Positions 29,023 to 37,471 of a stretch of 64,000 bases of DNA are shown here, piece after piece. This DNA is from Microbacteriaceae bacterium. Its GTDB lineage: Bacteria > Actinomycetota > Actinomycetes > Actinomycetales > Microbacteriaceae. A program made the position numbers and the translations under genes. How positions within the stretch are numbered: the stretch's first letter is position 1; each line of letters starts with the position of its first letter. The DNA lies in the NCBI GenBank assembly GCA_044353905.1, contig JBILBA010000005.1, positions 2,699 through 66,698 on the forward strand. Reading direction: 5' to 3'. The notes below the pieces were generated by a model that ran no database searches, was not told the origin of the DNA, and saw nothing but the letters and a program-made list of their open reading frames with translations.

Positions 29023-30425
29023 GGGAGGGTCTCCCAGTACTGTGCGAACTCCCATTCGGTGATGACCCCGCAGTAGCGAGCCCACTCGTCTTTCTTCAGG
29101 TCGATGAAAACGTCCCGCAATTCAGCGGGGAACGCTTTCTTCAAAAGGGCACTTCCTTCGAATTGCACGATGGCGTCTCCTAGTGTCATCGGCATCAGGT
29201 CAAACTTCACGACCTTCGCCTTCTCATCCGTGAGGGGATCCCCCGAATTGATCTTTCGTTCCAGACCGTCCTCGATTGACGCGAGAAGCGCAGTGTGGGA
29301 CAGATAAGGATTAACGCTCGAGTCGGGCTGACGGTATTCCATTCGCCCGATCGACGAGATGCGGATCATTCCCGCGCGGGAATCGAGCCCCCACGAGGGC
29401 GAACTCGGGGCGAACTGCCCGGCGTCCCAGAACCGCTTGTACGAGTTGACGGTGCTCGCCATGATGACCGTCGAGTCCGCGGCGTGTGTCAGCATTCCAC
29501 CGACCGCCCAGCGCCCGACCTCGGAGAGGTGGATCTGGGTGTTACCCGGTTCGACACACGCGTTCGCCCCGTCCTTCCACAACGACAGGTTGTGGTGGCA
29601 TCCGTTACCCATCAAACCGTTGAACGGCTTGGGCATGAACGACGCCGTGACACCCTGCTCGCGCGCAACCTGCTTGCAGATCTGGCGGTACGTGACAAGA
29701 CGGTCCGAGGTGAGTTCGACCCGGTCGTACATCCAGTTGAGTTCCAACTGGCCGTCGTCTTCGTAGTCGCCCTCGATCATGTCGAGACCAAACGCCTGCG
29801 CGTAGCGAACAACCTGCTTGAAAATCGGGCGCATGCGTTCGAGGTTTTCCACCTGGTAGGCGGGGCTAGCGCCATCCTTTTTGATGACCTCGAGACCCGG
29901 TCCCGTCCACATCATTTCGGGTTCGGTGCCACTGCGAACTTCGTAGCCGGTACGGGCCGTGAATTCGTGGTGGGCGCGAATCAATAATCCGCGTGAATCG
30001 GTTTGCAAGGGTCGGCCGCCAACCTCAGCAAAGTGAGGGGGTTCGTAGGCGAGGCACAACATGCGTGCGACAGAGGTATCCCACGGAAGCACGACAAAGG
30101 TGTCCGGGTCGGGAAGCGCGATCATTTCGCGCGCGCCGATGCCGCCGCCGATGAGCTCGCCCTCGCGAGTCGACTGCAGGTCAGCCACGGCGGTTCGGTG
30201 AAGGGCGATGCCCTTTTCGAGGTTGCGTCGCAGGTGCCGAGCTGGCACCATCTTGGCCACAACTTTCGCGCCGATCGTGGGAAGCATGTAATAGATAAAT
30301 TCGACGCCGGCGGCGGCAATCTTCTGTTCGAGGTCTTTGATGACGTCGGGACGCATGTTCGACGCCTGGTGGCGAGAGAACGCGTCGTTGTCCGTCAGCG
30401 CACTCGTTCCGAGTTGGTCAACCAT
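29019..30425 (-). CDS. glutamine synthetase family protein (gamma-glutamyl-amine ligase candidate)
   Basis: Trimmed to ATG 30423-30425, preceded by AAGGAG. 468 aa. GS beta-grasp and catalytic domain patterns (FMPKPF.G..GNGCHHNLSLW, NSYKR, RISS.GRMEYR). Confidence 0.8.
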   Translation of the reverse strand: MVDQLGTSALTDNDAFSRHQASNMRPDVIKDLEQKIAAAGVEFIYYMLPTIGAKVVAKMVPARHLRRNLEKGIALHRTAVADLQSTREGELIGGGIGAREMIALPDPDTFVVLPWDTSVARMLCLAYEPPHFAEVGGRPLQTDSRGLLIRAHHEFTARTGYEVRSGTEPEMMWTGPGLEVIKKDGASPAYQVENLERMRPIFKQVVRYAQAFGLDMIEGDYEDDGQLELNWMYDRVELTSDRLVTYRQICKQVAREQGVTASFMPKPFNGLMGNGCHHNLSLWKDGANACVEPGNTQIHLSEVGRWAVGGMLTHAADSTVIMASTVNSYKRFWDAGQFAPSSPSWGLDSRAGMIRISSIGRMEYRQPDSSVNPYLSHTALLASIEDGLERKINSGDPLTDEKAKVVKFDLMPMTLGDAIVQFEGSALLKKAFPAELRDVFIDLKKDEWARYCGVITEWEFAQYWETLP

Positions 30426-30469
30426 TGGTGGGACTCCTTTGTCCTTGTTTTCGGTGGGGTGAATCGGGG

Positions 30470-30658
30470 TCAGTCGGTGACCAGGATGGCTTGCATTGGG
30501 CACACGTCAGCCGCTTCGTCGACATCCGCCCGCAACGAGTCGTCGGGGTTCTCATCGAACTGCAGAACGCCCTTGTCGTCGAGGCGGAAAACGGTCGGCG
30601 CAGAGAAGGTGCACTGACCGTGGTTGTCGCACTTCGCGCGGTCTACAGAAACGTGCAT
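30470..30658 (-). CDS. small single-cluster ferredoxin (P450-associated type)
   Basis: 62 aa. MHVSVDRAKCDNHGQCTFSAP...VCPMQAI (CxxxxxC...CP). AAGGAG RBS. Confidence 0.85.
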   Translation of the reverse strand: MHVSVDRAKCDNHGQCTFSAPTVFRLDDKGVLQFDENPDDSLRADVDEAADVCPMQAILVTD

Positions 30659-30684
30659 GGTGTTCTCCTTGGTGTTGTTTGAGG

Positions 30685-31878
30685 TTATCGCTTGTCGAAC
30701 GCGAGCGGAAGATGCACGGGCCCTGTGTTACCCGAATCAGGCATCCATTCGTCCTGCCCGTTGACTCGAATGTTGGTCATTCGTTGGGACAGGGTCCTAA
30801 ACGCAATCGCCATGTCCATTCGAGCAACGAAGTGCCCGAGGCAGTGGTGCATCCCGCCGCCAAAGCCATAGTGCGGCGCTCGTTCGACGGTGATGTCAAT
30901 TCCGGGGTTCGGATAGGCAGCGGGGTCGTTCCCGCTCACCTGGGTAAAGAAGTGAACCGTCGAGCCGGCTGGCGCGTGAAGGTCTTCATAATCGAAATCG
31001 ACAACGGCTTCGCGCGTGACCCACGTGGTCGTCGGATTGGATCGCATGACTTCCTCGACCGCGTTCCGAGCAAGTTCGGGGTTCTTCGCGAGGAGCTCCC
31101 ATTGGTCGGGGTTTCGCATCATTGTCTGAATACCGAGACCGAGTTGATTGCGCGTCGTGTCCATTCCTCCGAAAATGAGAAGGCACAGCGCGTTTCGCAG
31201 TTCATCGTCGCTCAGGCTGTCACCGTCTCGGTTCGCTTCAACGAGGCGCGTCACGAGATCGTCGCGCGGGTTCGCCTGGCGATCGGCGATGAGCGCTTCA
31301 GCGTATCCATAGAGTTCGGCGAGCGCCGCCTCGATCTCGGGCAGGTCTTCCTTGATCGTGATTCCCAGCGCCAGACCAATCGAACTGGAAATTCGGGCGA
31401 TGGTCGGCCATTCACTTTCGGGTATCCCCGTCAGAATGCATAACACGCGTGTTGCGTACGGCTCGGCAAAGTCGTTGACGTACTCGAACTCGCCGTTGTC
31501 GATGATCGCGTCGACAATTTCAGCCGCAAGTTTTTCGAAGCGTGGAACATACGCTTCGATGTGGCGGAACGAGAACGCCGGATTGAGCATGCGCCTGATC
31601 CGGTGGTGGTCGTCGCCTTCGAGGACCAACAGGCACTTGGTCCACCAGTCGTGGAACAATCCGGTGTGCACTCCGTTGTGGTCCGGCCATTTTCCGCTGC
31701 CCTGGCTCAAGCGGGTGTCTTTGAGAAGGATGCTGACGTATTCGTGCCTTAGGACGGCGAACCCGTAATTGGTTGTCGCGAACCAGTGCTGTTCTCGAGC
31801 GTTGCGAACCGCCTCGGAATGCATCGCAAAGGACGGATCTGAAATGTCCAGATGCGGTACAGCGATATCCGTTGGCAT
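30685..31878 (-). CDS. cytochrome P450
   Basis: Trimmed to ATG 31876-31878 (GAGG RBS). I-helix LIFGGMDTTRN, ExxR (EEVMRS) and heme loop FGGGMHHCLGHFVAR. Confidence 0.9.
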   Translation of the reverse strand: MPTDIAVPHLDISDPSFAMHSEAVRNAREQHWFATTNYGFAVLRHEYVSILLKDTRLSQGSGKWPDHNGVHTGLFHDWWTKCLLVLEGDDHHRIRRMLNPAFSFRHIEAYVPRFEKLAAEIVDAIIDNGEFEYVNDFAEPYATRVLCILTGIPESEWPTIARISSSIGLALGITIKEDLPEIEAALAELYGYAEALIADRQANPRDDLVTRLVEANRDGDSLSDDELRNALCLLIFGGMDTTRNQLGLGIQTMMRNPDQWELLAKNPELARNAVEEVMRSNPTTTWVTREAVVDFDYEDLHAPAGSTVHFFTQVSGNDPAAYPNPGIDITVERAPHYGFGGGMHHCLGHFVARMDMAIAFRTLSQRMTNIRVNGQDEWMPDSGNTGPVHLPLAFDKR

Positions 31879-32100
31879 TAGGTGAACCTCATTGTTCGAG
31901 CGACTCGGTCGCAAATGGTTGTTGTGGTAAATCTTATGCCAATTTGCTAAATCCTGCATTGATGAATGATTTAGTGAAAAACGCTGTTTCGTAAAACATC
32001 TATCTCTGCAGAAAAAAACGCGCTATGTTTGCCCCAGCACAACGAGGTGCGACCAATGCCGGTGGCACCTCGCGATTTACACAACAATCGAAAGGTCACA

Positions 32101-33570
32101 ATGGCTACGTCAGACAAAGCGCAACTTAGCGCCCTCGGATACGAGGGTTCCTATAACCGCTCCATGACCGTATGGAGCACAATGGCGCTCGGGTTCACCT
32201 ACCTGTCGCCGCTCGTCGCAATTTACGCACTGTTCGGCCTCGGCCTCATGACCGGCGGACCGGGCTCCATCTTCTGGATCCTCATCGTCGGTGGTGGGCA
32301 GATGCTCGTCGCGCTCGTCATGGGTGAGGTCGTCTCGCAGTTCCCCATCGCTGGTGGAATCTATCCCTGGATGCGCCGCCTCGCCGGCCGCCGATCCGCA
32401 TGGCTCGCCGCGTGGGTCTACGTCTGGGCGATGCTCGTGACGATCGCGTCGGTTGCTCAATACGGCACCGGCTTCCTCGCCACCGTTCTTGGTGTGACCG
32501 AGGTCTCGTCAGAACTCACCCTGATCCTTGCGATCAGCCTCCTCGTGGTGGCGCTTCTCGTCAACCTCGGAGGAACCAAAACCCTCGCTCGTATCGCGAC
32601 CATCGGTCTGGCTGCAGAGCTGGTCGGTGTCGTCGGACTTGGTCTTTACCTGCTTTTGTTCGAACGCCAGAACGAGTTCAGCATCTTCACCGAAGGCTTC
32701 GCGTCGGCTGATTATGGCACCGCGTTCATGGGTGCAGCCCTCGTCGGTCTGTTCATGTTCTACGGCTTCGAGGCCTGTGGTGACGTCGCTGAAGAAGTTG
32801 ACGACGCTGCCCGTGAGGTACCGAAGGCCATGATTCTCACCATCCTCATCGGTGGCGTCTCGGCCCTCGCATCGTTCGCGGGATACGTTCTCGCCGCATC
32901 GCCCGAACTCCTCGCCGCGACCGCAGCGGGAGAGAACGCGGACCCCATCGGAACGATCCTCGCGGACGTCCTCGGAGAAACCGGCGCACGCCTGTTCCTC
33001 GTGGTTGCTGTCGTTGCATTCATCTCGTGCTGCTTGAGCCTGCAGGCTGCTGCAAGCCGCTTGCTGCACTCGTTCGCGCGCGACAAGATGCTTCCCGCCA
33101 GCGGATGGCTCAGCCAGATCTCAGAGCGCAGCAAGGTCCCGACCAACGCGCTGCTCGTCGCGAGCATCATCCCGATGTTGCTCTGTGTCGTCATCTACGC
33201 CAACCCGGCGTCGTTGGTTCCGATTACCGCATTCGCAGTGCTCGGAATTTACATCGCGTTCCAGTCGGTCGTCCTCGCGTCGCTCATCCAGCGATTCCGT
33301 GGATGGAAGCCAGCCGGACCGTGGACCCTGGGTTCGTTCGGACTGATCATCAACATCGCCGCACTCGCTTACGGAATCTGGGCAATCTCGTGGTTGCTCC
33401 AGCCCGGCGTGAGCGGTGACTGGTTCATCGACAACATCTCGCTCATCGGCGTGGTGGCGGTATTGGTCCCCGGTGGCCTTTACCTGCTCGTCGCTCGTCC
33501 TCACCTTCGCTCGAAGGCTCCGTATTCGGACGCCATCGAGGTCGCGAAGAAGATGCGCGCAGGCAGCTAA
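32101..33570 (+). CDS. APC-superfamily amino acid/amine permease
   Basis: Trimmed to ATG 32101. 489 aa with about 12 TM segments. Divergent from the P450 operon across a 222-bp AT-rich spacer. Confidence 0.8.
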   Translation: MATSDKAQLSALGYEGSYNRSMTVWSTMALGFTYLSPLVAIYALFGLGLMTGGPGSIFWILIVGGGQMLVALVMGEVVSQFPIAGGIYPWMRRLAGRRSAWLAAWVYVWAMLVTIASVAQYGTGFLATVLGVTEVSSELTLILAISLLVVALLVNLGGTKTLARIATIGLAAELVGVVGLGLYLLLFERQNEFSIFTEGFASADYGTAFMGAALVGLFMFYGFEACGDVAEEVDDAAREVPKAMILTILIGGVSALASFAGYVLAASPELLAATAAGENADPIGTILADVLGETGARLFLVVAVVAFISCCLSLQAAASRLLHSFARDKMLPASGWLSQISERSKVPTNALLVASIIPMLLCVVIYANPASLVPITAFAVLGIYIAFQSVVLASLIQRFRGWKPAGPWTLGSFGLIINIAALAYGIWAISWLLQPGVSGDWFIDNISLIGVVAVLVPGGLYLLVARPHLRSKAPYSDAIEVAKKMRAGS

Positions 33571-33586
33571 CAACTCGCACAACGGT

Positions 33587-33610
33587 GAGGTCCCGCTTCG
33601 GCGGGGCCTC
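33587..33610 (+). terminator. stem-loop terminator after the permease gene, shared with convergent tadE
   Basis: GAGGTCCCGC-TTCG-GCGGGGCCTC (10-bp stem with one G-U pair) followed by ATTCGTTT. Confidence 0.55.
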
Positions 33611-33616
33611 ATTCGT

Positions 33617-33997
33617 TTAAGGAGCCTCGCGAAAAGCACGTCCCGTCACATCGGTCTCGGCGATGGCCAGCCACGGTCCGATTGCGGGCACTGCGAGGCG
33701 AATCGTGATCGAGGCGATTACCTCTCCCACTGACTCATCCGACGTGACGGACACGGAACGAACCAGCGACGCGGCGATACCGCTGGTCACAAGTTCGGTG
33801 GCACGGTCAACGCCCTCGGAATCAACCGTGTCCGCCAGCGCGGCGTGTGCCGCTCCGGCAATCGCCGAATCGATTGCCACCGCTCGAATGTGCGCGACAA
33901 AGGCAATTTGAAGCACGGTCAGCGCAACCGCAATGAGCAGAACACCGACCAGCACGAACTCGACCGGGGCACTGCCACGTTCGAGCCCGCGTGTCAT
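33617..33997 (-). CDS. TadE family minor pilin-like protein
   Basis: Trimmed to ATG 33995-33997 (MTRGLERGSAPVEFVLVGVLLIAV). ATGA overlap with the upstream small pilin-like ORF. Confidence 0.7.
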   Translation of the reverse strand: MTRGLERGSAPVEFVLVGVLLIAVALTVLQIAFVAHIRAVAIDSAIAGAAHAALADTVDSEGVDRATELVTSGIAASLVRSVSVTSDESVGEVIASITIRLAVPAIGPWLAIAETDVTGRAFREAP

Positions 33998-34155
33998 ATC
34001 GACAGGACGCGATCGATGGCGTTGTTGAAGACGTCGCCGAGGGCCGGGCCGGCCATCGCCCACATCACGACGACGAGTCCCGCCGTCATGAGAGTGATGA
34101 GGACCCAGCCAGGAACATCGCCGCGGTCAGAGGAATTACGAGTGAAGTTCGACAT
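33994..34155 (-). CDS. 53-aa hydrophobic Flp-position small protein (divergent pilin candidate)
   Basis: Below the ORF-track size cut-off. My translation is MSNFTRNSSDRGDVPGWVLITLMTAGLVVVMWAMAGPALGDVFNNAIDRVLSI. It sits between tadC and tadE, where flp normally lies. No canonical G/xxxxEY motif is visible. Confidence 0.45.
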   Translation of the reverse strand: MSNFTRNSSDRGDVPGWVLITLMTAGLVVVMWAMAGPALGDVFNNAIDRVLSI

Positions 34156-34206
34156 GACCCCATCGTGGGGCTCGCGCGGTCGTGGCGCGAAACTTATCCC
34201 CAGAAC

Positions 34207-34599
34207 TCAGGAGAGTGCGGTCTTTTTTCGTTCGTCACCGATACGAATCGCGTAGAACACGGTTCCTGCGATGACGGCCACGGCGGCGACGCGGAACACG
34301 ATATTGAGTGCTTCGATGGCGGGGCTAAACGGCGAATTGGCGAATTGGCCGTCACCAGCCAGCGGGTCGTAGGCGTACACGAGAAGCGACACGGTTGCGA
34401 CGCTGAGAACAATCGCCGCGGCGAGTGACATCCACGTCAGTTTCGGAATGGTGACACGGCTGATGAGGCGCGTCGTAATCGTCAGCAACACCACCATCAC
34501 GATCGCCGCACCGCCCTGAAGGGCGTCCACCCAACCGATCAGGCTGAACAAAACGGCGATGACTTGGATAAAAAGTGCAATGGTGAGGCGAAATCTCAT
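34207..34599 (-). CDS. hypothetical 130-aa four-TM membrane protein embedded in the tad operon
   Basis: Trimmed to ATG 34597-34599, preceded by GAAAGGA. Four hydrophobic helices. No family recognised. Confidence 0.5.
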   Translation of the reverse strand: MRFRLTIALFIQVIAVLFSLIGWVDALQGGAAIVMVVLLTITTRLISRVTIPKLTWMSLAAAIVLSVATVSLLVYAYDPLAGDGQFANSPFSPAIEALNIVFRVAAVAVIAGTVFYAIRIGDERKKTALS

Positions 34600-34645
34600 G
34601 ATGTCCTTTCCGACACCACAAGTATTGCGCGAAATCCAGCGAACA

Positions 34646-35317
34646 TCACAGAGCAATCGAGCCGAGTGCGGTCAGCCCGGGGAACACCGCCATAACAACG
34701 GTGACGGGAAGGATCGCAAAAACGAGCGGGAACATCATCAGGGTCTCTTTCGCGCTGGCGGCTTCGAGCAGTCGCCGGCCGGCGGCCTGTTGTTCGTCAT
34801 CGGCCAGTGCGCGAATGATCTCGGTGAGCGGCGTTCCGTATTGCCGGGCCGTGAGGACATGGTCGATTAGTCGAGACCAACCCTCGTGCGCGACACGCGC
34901 ATCGCTCGACTGAAGTGCGTCGGATACCGAGACACCGAGAGCGATTTCGGCCACGATGAATCTGCACTCGTCGGCCAGTTCACCAACGCCGCTTGTTGCG
35001 ATTCGTTCGAGCGCAGTGGGCACCGACATTCCGGCAGAGACACAAAGACCGATCAGGTCCAGTGCGCCGGGCAGTTCCTCGGACACCGCGCCGCGACGAC
35101 GACGCCGATTGACCATGTCGTTGATGACGCTCGCGGGAAGTCGGAACACGAGCCCGAGGGAACGCAGTGCGCCGTTCCGCTCGTCGATCGGGGTTCCTGC
35201 GATCGCGACGTCTCGAATGTGCGGAGCGAGGCGGATCGCGACGCGTGACGCCGTCGCCCCCGACACAATCACGAACAGCCCGAGACCAAGCAGTGCCCCG
35301 AGCGCAACCTCAATCAT
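34646..35317 (-). CDS. tadC: type II secretion system F family protein (TadC-like)
   Basis: 223 aa. N-terminal TM, cytoplasmic T2SSF domain (LPGALDLIGLCVSAGMSVPTALERIA) and C-terminal TMs. Confidence 0.75.
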   Translation of the reverse strand: MIEVALGALLGLGLFVIVSGATASRVAIRLAPHIRDVAIAGTPIDERNGALRSLGLVFRLPASVINDMVNRRRRRGAVSEELPGALDLIGLCVSAGMSVPTALERIATSGVGELADECRFIVAEIALGVSVSDALQSSDARVAHEGWSRLIDHVLTARQYGTPLTEIIRALADDEQQAAGRRLLEAASAKETLMMFPLVFAILPVTVVMAVFPGLTALGSIAL

Positions 35318-36164
35318 GGAGCGCCCCGATCAACCAGCGGGCGGGTTCACGCAGTGTTCCCAGCGCGCGCATGGCGACATACGCGACCACCGTGGTCCCC
35401 GCCGACGCCACAATCAGAATCGTTCCCGCCGCGGTGGAATAGGCCTCCCTGTTTTCGGGCCTGCTCACCAACAGCGCGAGCACGATCCACGGGGAAACGA
35501 CGCCGAGGGTGGCCGCGTGCCGCACCCACGATTGTCGAGACTGTGCCTCGCGCCTCATGGCGGATTCCCGGCGAACCGAACGACCGAGTTCTGTCAACAC
35601 CGCCGGAAGTTCCGTACCTCCGAATTCGCGGGCGACGACGATTGCTTCGACTACACGATCGGCGATCGGGTCGGCGAGCGCCCGTTGCAGTCGCCGTAGC
35701 GCAGTGTCGACATCACTGCCGCGCCGCAGATTGACTTCGAGCTCCGTCCAGGCGACGCGCCATTCCTTCGGAACCATTGCGGATGCCGCGATCATCGCGT
35801 CGGTCAAGGTCGCACCGGAACGAAGTGCGACCCGAATTGAATCAATAACGTCGGGCCACAGCGCACGTGCGCGCTGCCGGCGGCGATCACGAGCACTCGC
35901 CAACGCAACTATCGGCACCCCGCACCCCACTACAAAGCCGAGCGGAGCGACACTGGGAAGCGGAATCACGGTCGCGGTCAGCGCGCCGGCAATCATCGCG
36001 ACTGTTGTCATCACGGCGCCGATGATCGCCAGCGGGACGCCGGCGAGCCCCGCTTCGTCGAACCAGGTGCGAACGGAACGAGGGCGCCGCACACCCCGAG
36101 GAAGAATCAACAGGGCGATCCCGATTCCCAGGAGAACCCCGCAGGCGATTATCGCTGCGCCCAC
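35310..36164 (-). CDS. tadB: type II secretion system F family protein (TadB-like)
   Basis: 284 aa. WPDVIDSIRVALRSGATLTDAMIAAS and terminal TM pairs. Overlaps both neighbours. Confidence 0.75.
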   Translation of the reverse strand: MGAAIIACGVLLGIGIALLILPRGVRRPRSVRTWFDEAGLAGVPLAIIGAVMTTVAMIAGALTATVIPLPSVAPLGFVVGCGVPIVALASARDRRRQRARALWPDVIDSIRVALRSGATLTDAMIAASAMVPKEWRVAWTELEVNLRRGSDVDTALRRLQRALADPIADRVVEAIVVAREFGGTELPAVLTELGRSVRRESAMRREAQSRQSWVRHAATLGVVSPWIVLALLVSRPENREAYSTAAGTILIVASAGTTVVAYVAMRALGTLREPARWLIGALHD

Positions 36165-37240
36165 AGCGATTCCATTGTGAGTGCGCCCGAATCGCCCGAT
36201 GCGACCGGACGAGCGATGTCCACCACGCGCCGCTGGCCGTCCCTGTCCATGCGGCAGTGAACCACGAGGTCAATCGTCGCAAGAATCGTCGATGTGACGA
36301 ACCCCTCCGACACCCCTCCCGCAAGTTGACACAGGGTCACCAGTTTGCGAATTGCATCGGCGGCCGAGTTCGCGTGAATGGTGCACAGCCCCGGAATCCC
36401 CGAATTGAGGGCGACGAGTAGGTCGAGAGATTCGTCGCCGCGAACCTCACCGACGACGAGCCGCGTCGGTCGCATTCGAAGTGCCTCCTTGACCAGTCGT
36501 CGCAGCGTGATTTCGCCCACCCCGTCGAGGCTTGCTCCGCGAGATTGCATGCCGACGGTATCCGGATGACGTGTTGCGATTTCGAACGTTTCTTCCACCG
36601 TCACGATTCGTTCCGACTCGTCCAGTTCCGACAACAGCGCACACACCATCGTGGTCTTACCCGCCTGGGTTGCTCCTGACACCAGCACGGTTTGCCCCTC
36701 GAGCATCGCCGTTCGAAGAATGCGTTTCGCTTCTGGGGCGATCGCGCCATGCGCGACCAGGTCGTCGAGCGATCGGACCGACGTCGAGAACTTTCGAATG
36801 TTCAAGCTCCAGTGTTCCTTGGTGATCGGCGGAATGACGACGTGCAAACGCGAACCGTCCGGCAGAGACGCATCGACGAACGGTTGGGAAACATCGACTC
36901 GGCGACCGCTGCGCCTTAACATCCGTTCGACGAGAGTCCGCACGTCCTCGGGCGAAAGGTCAGCGGGAATTCGCTCGTGGCGCCCCGAACGTGCCACAAA
37001 CACCGCAGTCGAGTCGTTAATCCAGATTTCTTCGACGGTTGGATCATCGAGGTGGGATTGCAGAATCCCGAATCCCGTGACGCGGTGCGCGACATCGGAT
37101 TCGTGAAACTCAGTCGACGTCGCTTCGCCCAGTGCGCGTTCATTGGCGCGTTGAACCTCTGACGCGATCGCCCGCCCAAGGTCATCCCCCGACATCACCG
37201 CACGGCGGACCCGGCCGACAATCGAATCGGTGGAGGTCAT
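36149..37240 (-). CDS. tadA: TadA/CpaF-family secretion ATPase
   Basis: 363 aa. Walker A GATQAGKTT, Asp/His boxes (VTVEETFE, RLVVGEVRG, TIHANS). Confidence 0.88.
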   Translation of the reverse strand: MTSTDSIVGRVRRAVMSGDDLGRAIASEVQRANERALGEATSTEFHESDVAHRVTGFGILQSHLDDPTVEEIWINDSTAVFVARSGRHERIPADLSPEDVRTLVERMLRRSGRRVDVSQPFVDASLPDGSRLHVVIPPITKEHWSLNIRKFSTSVRSLDDLVAHGAIAPEAKRILRTAMLEGQTVLVSGATQAGKTTMVCALLSELDESERIVTVEETFEIATRHPDTVGMQSRGASLDGVGEITLRRLVKEALRMRPTRLVVGEVRGDESLDLLVALNSGIPGLCTIHANSAADAIRKLVTLCQLAGGVSEGFVTSTILATIDLVVHCRMDRDGQRRVVDIARPVASGDSGALTMESLWAQR

Positions 37241-37374
37241 CCCCCCATCGTGGCGCTCTCCGCATCGGCGCCACGGGTGTTCTCCACAGAGTTAGGCGCC
37301 GGGTTGGAAGGTGGACTTCGTGGCGATGCATTCCTCGGTGTCGTCGGGATTCGAACCGTAGAATGGGGAACATT

Positions 37375-37454
37375 GCGGGTGTGGTGAAATTGGTAGACAC
37401 GCAGGATTTAGGATCCTGTGCTTCGGCGTGTGGGTTCGAGTCCCTCCACCCGCA
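37375..37454 (+). tRNA. tRNA-Leu (anticodon TAG)
   Basis: Acceptor GCGGGTG/CACCCGC. Anticodon arm CAGGA-TTTAGGA-TCCTG. Long variable arm. T-arm GTGGGTTCGAGTCCCTC. CCA is not encoded. Confidence 0.9.
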
Positions 37455-37471
37455 CAATCGAGAGGAACACA

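Noticed and set aside
37330-37374. GTCGTCGGGATTCGAACCG, a T-arm-like string on the opposite strand just upstream of tRNA-Leu. It could be a remnant att site explaining the missing ssd gene
   Set aside because: Only about 20 nt resemble a tRNA. The T-stem pairs 3 of 5 and there is no acceptor or CCA context, so the evidence is too weak to call.
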